DNA of 64,000 nt from Eledone cirrhosa (lineage: Eukaryota). Shown here piece by piece: positions 42,736 to 55,613 of this stretch. The stretch is from positions 2,976,001 to 3,040,000 of the forward strand of contig OZ024758.1 in assembly GCA_964016885.1 (NCBI GenBank), written 5' to 3'. The notes below the pieces were generated by a model, which did not search any database, was not told where the DNA came from, and saw only the letters and a program-made list of their open reading frames with translations. Each line of letters starts with the position of its first letter. Within the stretch, counting starts at the first letter, position 1. Position numbers and translations under genes: made by a program.

Positions 42736-44313
42736 TGTATGTATCTATGTATGAACATATATTTCAACTTAGATTCCAGGATATGTTGTCGGTGCATACA
42801 CGGTAATTAGAGATTTTCTAGGCTAGAATGTTATTATTATGTCGAATATTGGTTTGGTTCCGCATTGGGTAATTCTCACAGGAAATTCATGCCCTTCTGT
42901 AAGTCAACATACCTTTAGTGCAGGCTACATGCTTTCTTGTTTGTTGTGCTTTCGCTTCGGGAATGAAATATGAACTGTCTTTCCTTCGGCATTCATAAAT
43001 TACCATGATTCCGACGGTGATATGTAATTTTCAATATTATATTTCTGTCTATTCCCACTTATCATTATACCTCCAACCACTCCTTCTTCCTTTTTCTCTT
43101 TCCTCTTCTTTCTCTCCCTCTTCTTTCTCCTATTCTTCTTTCTGTTCTCTTTCTTCTTTCCTTTCTTTTTCTCCTTTTATTTTTTTATTCTTGTATCTAT
43201 TTATTTTATGTTTCATGTGTACGATAATAAATGTATATTTACACACAAACGCACACACACTCTCACTCGCACATATATATATAGAGGGAAAGAGAAAGAG
43301 CGAGTGTGAGAGAAAGGGAAAAAGAATAACATGTGCGGGAGTGTGTGTGTGTGTGTGTATGTATGTATAGGTATGTATTTATTTATGCAGTTTTCTTGTT
43401 GCAATTCCTTCTCCGGTTCATTCCTAAAGGCTTAAATAAGATTATACTAATTATCAGTCCTCTTATACATCCATGCGTGAAGTATATTTTAAAACAGATT
43501 TAAAGAATGTTTTGCGGGTTCTACTGCACTACACTTCCTGGTGACGAAAATAAAATCTTGCTCTCAAGCAATTTGCAACAACTCATCCCGTTTTGATAAC
43601 AGGTTGCCCAAGTTGTATTCCATTTTACTCTATCATTAATTACTAATCTCTCAGCCAGCCTACACCAAATTAGTTTTACATCCCTCTAATTTCTATCCCC
43701 TCTGACATATGTATAATTTAAATTGTAATTTATTTTATTTCATTTCATTTTTAGTTTCGTTTTCTTTCTTACCTAACATCTATGATAATTTAGTGCAAAC
43801 TCATTGACCCCTAACATATGGTATTTCAGAAAAAGTATGTAAAATAACAACCTATTAAAACAAATTCAATGCGATCGTTAATATTTAATTTTTAATTATT
43901 CAACGCAAATAATTTTTATGAAGAGCAAATATTTAATTTTGATTGTTTTAATAGATATTTGTATCAACAAAGAAAGGTTTCGTGGTCTCCCAAAAGAACA
44001 GTTGAGTATGTTATATTATTTCAACTATTAAATGTTGATTAATAATAAAAAAATATTACAATCCACGTCATGAAATCCTGGCCCTTTTTGTAATTTGAGT
44101 AGATATATTTTTATGTTTAAATATACATTATAAAATTTACATTGTAATCAAATCCCTTATGCAGAATATACTATGGTAATTATAGAAAATTAATTCCGGA
44201 GTGGAAGGTCGAATGGAAAAAATGCAGGAAATGAATACAACATAAACAATATTTGGATTGATCCATACATGTTCAGAGCGTTCAAATAGCGGTCGAAAGT
44301 TGAGTTACAAAAA

Positions 44314-44360
<47 letters not shown>

Positions 44361-44435
44361 TCTACGTAATTGCAAAGAAAAAGCAAAGGAAAAGGAAAAA
44401 AGAGTGCTCTATGTATAGACAGAGCTATTCAATTA

Positions 44436-44653
44436 GAAAGTGAACAACACAAAATATAACTACACCATTACCAAAGATTTCTGGATCACAGACGATTATA
44501 ATATACACGTCTGGATCCTTCGTCAGATAGAGATATTATGGATAAAAGATATGAAACAGATATTCATATCTTTTATCCATAATATATATTATTCTCGTCT
44601 GTGATCCAGAAAGCTTTGGTAATGGAGTAGTTATATTCTGTGTTGTTCACTTT

Positions 44654-44655
<2 letters not shown>
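44436..44655. repeat. Nested inverted repeat abutting (TA)n
   Basis: Outer arms ~44436-44505 and ~44585-44655 with few mismatches. Inner hairpin ATATTATGGATAAAAGATATGAA / TTCATATCTTTTATCCATAATAT. Confidence 0.85.
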
Positions 44656-44744
<89 letters not shown>

Positions 44745-44747
44745 CTG

Positions 44748-44786
<39 letters not shown>

Positions 44787-45842
44787 TTAGCTCAACTATA
44801 TACTGCATAAAGTAGTAACTGACTCAGAAATCGAAACCTAAATTCTAAATTTGAAGAAATATATTTGCAAATAAAGGCATTTATAAATAGAACATAAGAA
44901 TGGATTTACCTCGGTCAACACAATAACTTGATAGTTTACCGATATGCTAGGAGCATATAGTATAAGTGGTTAAAATATATAATACGGTAAGAAATAAGAG
45001 ATGGAATTCAGAGAAATATTCTTATTAAAACTTATTCGTTTCGATGCAAATATTCTAGGTTGTTTGATGGAATGTATTAGCAAAGGAAGTAGAATAAACA
45101 ACACGATGTTTATATATAAAAATGTCTATGCGTGTGTGTGTCGGTATGTATAATATACATGACTTAAAATGACAAAGATAAAAAATGTAGACTGCATCAT
45201 TAGATCGTATTATTTAGCAATTTAATTCTGGTTGGTATCGATTTTGTCTGCCATTGTCACTTATTCCTTTGAAAACATCAAAATATATATGATATATTCT
45301 GAATTGACTCAACAGATTTATACTTCGAAAATAGTCAGATTCTTGTTTTATTATCAAAATCTTATTATTTAGTCTATATAACATATCTTTTCTAACGTTA
45401 AACATGAATATTTTTTTTAAAATAACTTCATGTACATTTCTACAACACCATGGTATCCATAACTGTTATTTATACGGTAACAATTCTTAGTTTCTTTATT
45501 TAAGGCGGTCATGGTACTACAACTAATTATCTGGCGTTCATATTTTAAAACCGTTTCGACGAATTATTTAAATGCCTTGCAGTCTAATTACCCCAATAAA
45601 TATATTGTGATGTTGCATTAGTTCGTTTATATCCTGAGTTGAAATACCACCCGGGCGTCGTCGTTTTCCTCGTTCTGAAGTGGCGGATGTCGATTAAGAA
45701 AGTACAAGTAATACCCAGTAATATACGTACATCAATTTGATCTTCTAGACTAATTTCAGATTTCAATTTAATTGTGACAATGTAATAGATTGTTAGTCTA
45801 CTAAAAGACTATTTGAATACCTACTTACATTGACGAATTATA

Positions 45843-46047
45843 TGATTTCTAGTATAGGCACAATGCCTGTAATTTGGGGGAGGGGAAAGTCGATTAAATC
45901 GACCCCAGTACATTACTGGTGCTTTATTTTATCGAGCCCCGTAAAGATGAAAGGCAAAGTTAACCTCGGCGGGATTTGAAATCAGATCATAAAGGGCCGT
46001 AACTCTATGCTACAAAGCTTGGTGTCCGACTCTCTACCGATACTGCC
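45843..46047 (-). mobile_element. SINE family A, long variant
   Basis: Match includes the GTCGATTAAATCGAC palindrome. Confidence 0.9.
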
Positions 46048-47654
46048 GAAATATATAAAACAGACAACTATTATGCCCTCTTGTTTTCCTCATTCCCTGA
46101 CACTTGTGAAGCAGAAGCCGTCACATTTGATATTAGATGGTCGACATTATCTGATTTCAAGCACGAATTACTTGATTCCATTCCTGTCAACTCTACCTGT
46201 CCAATGCGAGTGTGTGAATAATTATATTCAGTGTTCAGTGTGTGAACAGTGATATCAATAGCGTCATTACTTGAGCTAAGCAAGCAATATGTGATTTATT
46301 TGATTGTTTTTTAGAGCTTAAAGCTAATTTCTTTCAATGAAGTTAGTCTGATACATTGATTCGTTCATTGTATAGTTTTCTTTTGTGGCTAAGTAATAAA
46401 CAAATATTACTTTTTATTAGAATAGGAAATATAGTTGATTGGATGCAAGGATCATAGGTTGGTGGTAAATTCTAACGAACAGAGTTTGCGATAATGGCTC
46501 GAAAATCGAATCTCCCTTCGCTCTATTCTTATACATGAAATTTCTATAACTACCAATCTGACCTATGTATGGTTGCAGACCTGTCAACTGTCCCCTTCGG
46601 ACGGAGAGATCTTTGTGGTGGCTGAGTCTTCTTTTGTGAAAATGGTTATAGCTTTCATTATGTAAAATCCGCCCATTTTGTGTAATTTCCCCCTTTTCAT
46701 GGTACTCCTCGTTCGAGTTTTCAAAGTTTGGCAGGTCCATGATTCTCAACAACAAAGACAGTATTTCACTAATCGAAAATGTATTTCTTCAAAATACTCT
46801 ATAATCTCCAACACATATATGCAGATACCAGGCCGAATATCTACAAGTTCTAAAACGCTACAGTTAATAAATCTTATATCTATATATTTCATCGATATAT
46901 CCATATAGTCCTCCATATCAACAAGGAAATCAATGCCCACGACTCACAGAAAACAAATTGTTCACTCCCAAAGCGATGGAGGTGTGGAGTATTGCGTAAA
47001 AAAATGAAAGTGGATTAAACATAATATATATCGTTTAGTTATACACGGTGAATAACTCCTGTGTTTAAATGTAAATAATTTTGTAAGTATTATATATTTA
47101 TCGTTATGGCTTTAGTGTATGTGTGCGTGATTTATGCCTATGTTATACATTATCAATACAGGGACATTCAACACCTGAATATATGCCAAAGCTTTTCTTT
47201 CGCAGCACTCATCAAATCAGAGGGGAGTCACACTCACAAGCCTGGAACAATGAGGCAACCATAAATTCTTATAATACATTTGTTGAAATATATACTTTTT
47301 CCTGAGTCAAGAGATTGATTCATAAATATAACTGTTTAAATAAGTAAGACAACAGTTCAGCAGAGTACTCGATACTTGGGTTAGTTGCGTGCAGGTATAG
47401 TAGAAATTCTAGGCCCGACGGCAGAGCACTTGCCGTTTCGATAGCAAATTTACTCTATAATATCTCTCTGTATATATATAAACATAATTTTCTGCCTACC
47501 TATTTCTCTTTTCTTGCTTTTTCCCTTGTGTATCTGACTGTCTGCCTCTCATTCTCACTACATACATATACACACATACACCCAAACGTATATATACATA
47601 CAGCCTTTTACGCAAAATTCAGGTACACGAATTCGCTCTAACGCCTCTTGAAAA

Positions 47655-47842
47655 GGTGGATTGGCAGTGTCGGTAGAGGGTCGGACGCCATGCTTTGACG
47701 TATAGAGTTACGGCCCTTGCCATTCTGAGTTTAAATCCCGCCGAGGTTAAACTTTGCCTTTCATCCTTACGGGGTCGATAAAATAAAATACCAGTAATGC
47801 ACTGGGTTATTTCTGGCCTTGTGCCAAATGTAGAAACAATTA
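47655..47842 (+). mobile_element. SINE family A
   Basis: Full-length match. Confidence 0.9.
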
Positions 47843-47869
47843 TATTATATAATCATTTGGCGGGGATAA

Positions 47870-47987
47870 CGCGCTATAACGCGTGTGATTTGCGTTTTAT
47901 TTATCCGGAGTATATTGGACTTGAATTACGCGGATTTGCGTTATTGCCGCGTACACGAACGCATCTTCGCGTACAAAGCGAACACAC

Positions 47988-47990
<3 letters not shown>
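47870..47990. mobile_element. CpG-rich Tigger/pogo-like MITE end fragment
   Basis: Repeated ATAACGCG motifs and terminal CGCGTACAAAGCGAACACACTG next to a TA run. Confidence 0.4.
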
Positions 47991-48038
<48 letters not shown>

Positions 48039-48143
48039 ATAATAATAAATGTGAAGAGTAAAAATCCGAAGTGGGCTCGATAAGGATAATATATACATAT
48101 CAAATATATAAAAACGATAGAGCAAACATTTATTTAAATAACA

Positions 48144-48254
48144 GATTAAACTTTAAGCAAAGAATCGCTCCTTTCACCCTTAACGGGTTCTTGGGTTTCA
48201 GAATATCCCGTTAAGGGTGGAAGCAGCGATTCATTGCTTCAACTTTAATCTATT
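48144..48254. repeat. Imperfect ~45-bp inverted repeat between TA runs
   Basis: AGATTAAACTTTAAGCAAAGAATCGCTCCTTTCACCCTTAACGGG vs CCCGTTAAGGGTGGAAGCAGCGATTCATTGCTTCAACTTTAATCT, with a ~19-nt loop. Confidence 0.8.
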
Positions 48255-48417
48255 TTAATATATATATATATATATAATATTGAAGATACTATTTATAGTT
48301 ATGTATATATTATACTATAAACAACTATAAAGAGGGAAGGTCAGTAATTATTAGTACCTTATTACCAGTAAGAGAAATAACTCAATGTAAGAACATCAGT
48401 TGTTTTACAGAGCAGTA

Positions 48418-48536
48418 ATATAGATTACACAAGTATCAAAGTTATGTCTCCGAAGACTCTAAGCTTAAGTTTGGAAGAAACAATTGTCAGCGATTAAATG
48501 TTTTAAACATAACTTTGATGCGTGTGTAATCTATAT
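48418..48536 (+). ncRNA. Decayed hammerhead enclosed by a 30-bp inverted repeat
   Basis: Arms ATATAGATTACACAAGTATCAAAGTTATGT / ACATAACTTTGATGCGTGTGTAATCTATAT. Inside: CCGAAGA (one change from CTGAAGA), stem TCTAAGCT/AGTTTGGA, then GAAA-CAATTG-TC. Confidence 0.65.
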
Positions 48537-49129
48537 ATATATACGTTTGTGCGTGTGTGTATAAATACTTGTTTTTTGTGTGTTTCATTTGTTTATATAA
48601 TTATTGAAGAAATGCATGTGTGGGGAATATATATATATAAACATTTCTATATTTAAGAGGTGAGGAACGTAGACAGTTTAATTACAAATGATAGGCGTGG
48701 CAGGATCATATGACCCCCTACCTATATAGACATGGATTGTCTTGAATAAGAATGACTTGGATTACGATTGTCTTATTAAAATCTCATCTTGAGTTGAAAT
48801 TATGTTTAAATATTGTGTTGTAATTACATTTTATCTATATATTTTTTCAGCCATTTTTCTATTACACTTGAAGTTTCTGGTCTTTTTTTTAAAAAATACA
48901 ACATCTTCCAATTAAAATCTGTTTTATCTTCAGTACACATGGCTTATTTCTGCGTGGTACACATGCCACATCGCTTCGAGAATAGCAGCTGTATTCTTAA
49001 TTGTATATGTAATTTTACTATTCACACGTATAGATACACACATACCCACTCCAACCACACTGTCACATAAACACACACACAGGTACGGATACACAAACAC
49101 ATTCGTTCGCGCACACACACACACATACA

Positions 49130-49638
49130 CACATATATATATATATATATGTATATTTGTTTATATGTAATATATATATATACACTTATATATATATACA
49201 CTTATATATATATATACTTATATATATACATAAATATATATATATACTTATATATATATATACTTATATATATACATAAATATATATATATACTTATATA
49301 TATATATAATATATATATACTTATATATATACTTATATATATATATACTTATATATATACTTATATATATACTTATATATATACATAAATATATATATAT
49401 ACTTATATATATATATACTTATATATATACATAAATATATATATATACTTATATATATATATATAATATATATATATATATAAATATATATATATACTTA
49501 TATATATATATAAATATATATATACTTATATATATATATAAATATATATATATACTTATATATATATATAAATATATATATATACTTATATATATATATA
49601 TATATATATATATACTTATATATATATATATATATATA
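49130..49638. repeat. [(TA)n CTTA]m tract
   Basis: Direct inspection. Confidence 0.95.
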
Positions 49639-49639
49639 A

Positions 49640-49889
49640 GTAACAAGATGGCTTAGGACAGAACAAAGGAGAGGCACAAACACAAAGAAGAGAATCCCCA
49701 GTCACTGAAGAGGTCACAGAATGTGTGAGGAAAGAACTCTGACAATATATGAACTATCATCTGGTTGTGGAACCAACCACCCAACCGGAAATTTATAAAT
49801 TCCTAAATTTATTATAATAAATTGAAGTGAAAGCTACTGGTGCGTGTGTTTCCTATTGGCAACATGACCCTCCCAAAGTATAACAATAT
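49640..49889 (+). mobile_element. Short hammerhead-bearing element related to the 7017-7539 element
   Basis: Shares the 3' terminus ATGACCCTCCC(C)AAA(G)TATAACAATAT and an ATGGCnTAG..AC..ACAA.GGAG start with 7235-7539. Contains a hammerhead motif and sits in (TA)n. Confidence 0.65.
49701..49743 (+). ncRNA. Type I hammerhead motif, slightly decayed
   Basis: GTCA-CTGAAGA-gg-TCACA(gaatg)TGTGA-g-GAAA-GAAC-TC-TGAC. Stem I GTCA/TGAC is intact; the stem II closing pair is mismatched. Confidence 0.65.
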
Positions 49890-50027
49890 ATAAATATATG
49901 TGAATATAGACATAGAATATTCGAAAATATTCTGTATGTTTATAATAAACATTTTGAAGACCTAATCGCTATAGAATAGAATACGTCACGTATTACAATT
50001 AGATTCTCGATAAAAGCAAGGGAAGTA

Positions 50028-50066
50028 AGTCTACGCGTTTCATTCTTGTTAGAATTCATCAGGACT
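50028..50066 (-). ncRNA. Minimal type I hammerhead ribozyme (first of 3 complete - strand copies; others 50339-50377, 50650-50688)
   Basis: Exact reverse complement of the + strand motif (agtctacgcgtttcattcttgttagaattcatcaggact). Confidence 0.9.
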
Positions 50067-51160
50067 ACATATCCAGTGCTTTTATCGAGAATGACACAGC
50101 TAGAGACTTATAGAATACTTAGCTGTGTACAGGAACTGGTTTGAAAGAGCGGTTGCCGGTCCGGCAGAAATTAGAAATTGGAATAAATGCTCTGAAATAG
50201 CGATATATATGTGAATATAGACATAGAATATTCGAAAATATTCTGTATGTTTATAATAAACATTTTGAAGACCTAATCGCTATAGAATAGAATACGTCAC
50301 GTATTACAATTAGATTCTCGATAAAAGCAAGGGAAGTAAGTCTACGCGTTTCATTCTTGTTAGAATTCATCAGGACTACATATCCAGTGCTTTTATCGAG
50401 AATGACACAGCTAGAGACTTATAGAATACTTAGCTGTGTACAGGAACTGGTTTGAAAGAGCGGTTGCCGGTCCGGCAGAAATTAGAAATTGGAATAAATG
50501 CTCTGAAATAGCGATATATATGTGAATATAGACATAGAATATTCGAAAATATTCTGTATGTTTATAATAAACATTTTGAAGACCTAATCGCTATAGAATA
50601 GAATACGTCACGTATTACAATTAGATTCTCGATAAAAGCAAGGGAAGTAAGTCTACGCGTTTCATTCTTGTTAGAATTCATCAGGACTACATATCCAGTG
50701 CTTTTATCGAGAATGACACAGCTAGAGACTTATAGAATACTTAGCTGTGTACAGGAACTGGTTTGAAAGAGCGGTTGCCGGTCCGGCAGAAATTAGAAAT
50801 TGGAATAAATGCTCTGAAATAGCGATATATATGTGAATATAGACATAGAATATTCGAAAATATTCTGTATGTTTATAATAAACATTTTGAAGACCTAATC
50901 GCTATAGAATAGAATACGTCACGTATTACAATTAGATTCTCGATAAAAGCAAGGGAAGTAAGTCTACTTATTATAAACATACAGAATATTTTCGAATATT
51001 CTATGTCTATATTCACATATATATCGCTATTTCAGAGCATTTATTCCAATTTCTAATTTCTGCCGGACCGGCAACCGCTCTTTCAAACCAGTTCCTGTAC
51101 ACAGCTAAGTATTCTATAAGTCTCTAGCTGTGTCATTCTCGATAAAAGCACTGGATATGT

Positions 51161-51199
51161 AGTCCTGATGAATTCTAACAAGAATGAAACGCGTAGACT
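51161..51199 (+). ncRNA. Minimal type I hammerhead ribozyme (first of 10 + strand copies; predicted cleavage after 51195, then every 311 nt to 53994)
   Basis: AGTC-CTGATGA-ATTCT(aaca)AGAAT-GAAA-CGCG-TA-GACT: complete core, 5-bp stem II, palindromic ACGCGT stem III, GUA cleavage triplet, stem I AGTC/GACT. Confidence 0.92.
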
Positions 51200-54160
51200 T
51201 ACTTCCCTTGCTTTTATCGAGAATCTAATTGTAATACGTGACGTATTCTATTCTATAGCGATTAGGTCTTCAAAATGTTTATTATAAACATACAGAATAT
51301 TTTCGAATATTCTATGTCTATATTCACATATATATCGCTATTTCAGAGCATTTATTCCAATTTCTAATTTCTGCCGGACCGGCAACCGCTCTTTCAAACC
51401 AGTTCCTGTACACAGCTAAGTATTCTATAAGTCTCTAGCTGTGTCATTCTCGATAAAAGCACTGGATATGTAGTCCTGATGAATTCTAACAAGAATGAAA
51501 CGCGTAGACTTACTTCCCTTGCTTTTATCGAGAATCTAATTGTAATACGTGACGTATTCTATTCTATAGCGATTAGGTCTTCAAAATGTTTATTATAAAC
51601 ATACAGAATATTTTCGAATATTCTATGTCTATATTCACATATATATCGCTATTTCAGAGCATTTATTCCAATTTCTAATTTCTGCCGGACCGGCAACCGC
51701 TCTTTCAAACCAGTTCCTGTACACAGCTAAGTATTCTATAAGTCTCTAGCTGTGTCATTCTCGATAAAAGCACTGGATATGTAGTCCTGATGAATTCTAA
51801 CAAGAATGAAACGCGTAGACTTACTTCCCTTGCTTTTATCGAGAATCTAATTGTAATACGTGACGTATTCTATTCTATAGCGATTAGGTCTTCAAAATGT
51901 TTATTATAAACATACAGAATATTTTCGAATATTCTATGTCTATATTCACATATATATCGCTATTTCAGAGCATTTATTCCAATTTCTAATTTCTGCCGGA
52001 CCGGCAACCGCTCTTTCAAACCAGTTCCTGTACACAGCTAAGTATTCTATAAGTCTCTAGCTGTGTCATTCTCGATAAAAGCACTGGATATGTAGTCCTG
52101 ATGAATTCTAACAAGAATGAAACGCGTAGACTTACTTCCCTTGCTTTTATCGAGAATCTAATTGTAATACGTGACGTATTCTATTCTATAGCGATTAGGT
52201 CTTCAAAATGTTTATTATAAACATACAGAATATTTTCGAATATTCTATGTCTATATTCACATATATATCGCTATTTCAGAGCATTTATTCCAATTTCTAA
52301 TTTCTGCCGGACCGGCAACCGCTCTTTCAAACCAGTTCCTGTACACAGCTAAGTATTCTATAAGTCTCTAGCTGTGTCATTCTCGATAAAAGCACTGGAT
52401 ATGTAGTCCTGATGAATTCTAACAAGAATGAAACGCGTAGACTTACTTCCCTTGCTTTTATCGAGAATCTAATTGTAATACGTGACGTATTCTATTCTAT
52501 AGCGATTAGGTCTTCAAAATGTTTATTATAAACATACAGAATATTTTCGAATATTCTATGTCTATATTCACATATATATCGCTATTTCAGAGCATTTATT
52601 CCAATTTCTAATTTCTGCCGGACCGGCAACCGCTCTTTCAAACCAGTTCCTGTACACAGCTAAGTATTCTATAAGTCTCTAGCTGTGTCATTCTCGATAA
52701 AAGCACTGGATATGTAGTCCTGATGAATTCTAACAAGAATGAAACGCGTAGACTTACTTCCCTTGCTTTTATCGAGAATCTAATTGTAATACGTGACGTA
52801 TTCTATTCTATAGCGATTAGGTCTTCAAAATGTTTATTATAAACATACAGAATATTTTCGAATATTCTATGTCTATATTCACATATATATCGCTATTTCA
52901 GAGCATTTATTCCAATTTCTAATTTCTGCCGGACCGGCAACCGCTCTTTCAAACCAGTTCCTGTACACAGCTAAGTATTCTATAAGTCTCTAGCTGTGTC
53001 ATTCTCGATAAAAGCACTGGATATGTAGTCCTGATGAATTCTAACAAGAATGAAACGCGTAGACTTACTTCCCTTGCTTTTATCGAGAATCTAATTGTAA
53101 TACGTGACGTATTCTATTCTATAGCGATTAGGTCTTCAAAATGTTTATTATAAACATACAGAATATTTTCGAATATTCTATGTCTATATTCACATATATA
53201 TCGCTATTTCAGAGCATTTATTCCAATTTCTAATTTCTGCCGGACCGGCAACCGCTCTTTCAAACCAGTTCCTGTACACAGCTAAGTATTCTATAAGTCT
53301 CTAGCTGTGTCATTCTCGATAAAAGCACTGGATATGTAGTCCTGATGAATTCTAACAAGAATGAAACGCGTAGACTTACTTCCCTTGCTTTTATCGAGAA
53401 TCTAATTGTAATACGTGACGTATTCTATTCTATAGCGATTAGGTCTTCAAAATGTTTATTATAAACATACAGAATATTTTCGAATATTCTATGTCTATAT
53501 TCACATATATATCGCTATTTCAGAGCATTTATTCCAATTTCTAATTTCTGCCGGACCGGCAACCGCTCTTTCAAACCAGTTCCTGTACACAGCTAAGTAT
53601 TCTATAAGTCTCTAGCTGTGTCATTCTCGATAAAAGCACTGGATATGTAGTCCTGATGAATTCTAACAAGAATGAAACGCGTAGACTTACTTCCCTTGCT
53701 TTTATCGAGAATCTAATTGTAATACGTGACGTATTCTATTCTATAGCGATTAGGTCTTCAAAATGTTTATTATAAACATACAGAATATTTTCGAATATTC
53801 TATGTCTATATTCACATATATATCGCTATTTCAGAGCATTTATTCCAATTTCTAATTTCTGCCGGACCGGCAACCGCTCTTTCAAACCAGTTCCTGTACA
53901 CAGCTAAGTATTCTATAAGTCTCTAGCTGTGTCATTCTCGATAAAAGCACTGGATATGTAGTCCTGATGAATTCTAACAAGAATGAAACGCGTAGACTTA
54001 CTTCCCTTGCTTTTATCGAGAATCTAATTGTAATACGTGACGTATTCTATTCTATAGCGATTAGGTCTTCAAAATGTTTATTATAAACATACAGAATATT
54101 TTCGAATATTCTATGTCTATATTCACATATATATCGCTATTTCAGAGCATTTATTCCAAT

Positions 54161-55268
<1,108 letters not shown>

Positions 55269-55568
55269 ACGATAAATGCAAGTATGTATGTATGTATACG
55301 TACATACATATATGTATACAGTGGTACAGTGATTGTATATATATACATACATTCACACATATATATATGCACGTATCGGTTTACCGAACATTTATTATAA
55401 TGCTCGGTTTGTTTGTTTGTAAACAAACAAACACCCCCGTATTACGCCGTACAGTGTTTAGGCAACCACGTCACCTTTTTGTTCAACACTGAACGACGTA
55501 TATATATACATACTACTGTACGTCTGTATACATTTATATATATATGTACGTATACATACATACATACT

Positions 55569-55613
<45 letters not shown>

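Larger units (their letters stand above)
49894..54160. mobile_element. Retrozyme-like tandem array of 311-bp hammerhead-containing units with an internal inversion
   Basis: GTGAATATAG recurs at 49900, 50211, 50522 and 50833 (period 311). About 3.45 units in one orientation (49894-50967), then about 10.3 units reverse-complemented (50968-54160). No differences between units seen by eye. TA-rich flanks. Confidence 0.9.

Noticed and set aside
49894-54160. CRISPR array or rDNA/tRNA repeat
   Set aside because: Units are identical with no unique spacers, and no rRNA or tRNA features are visible.
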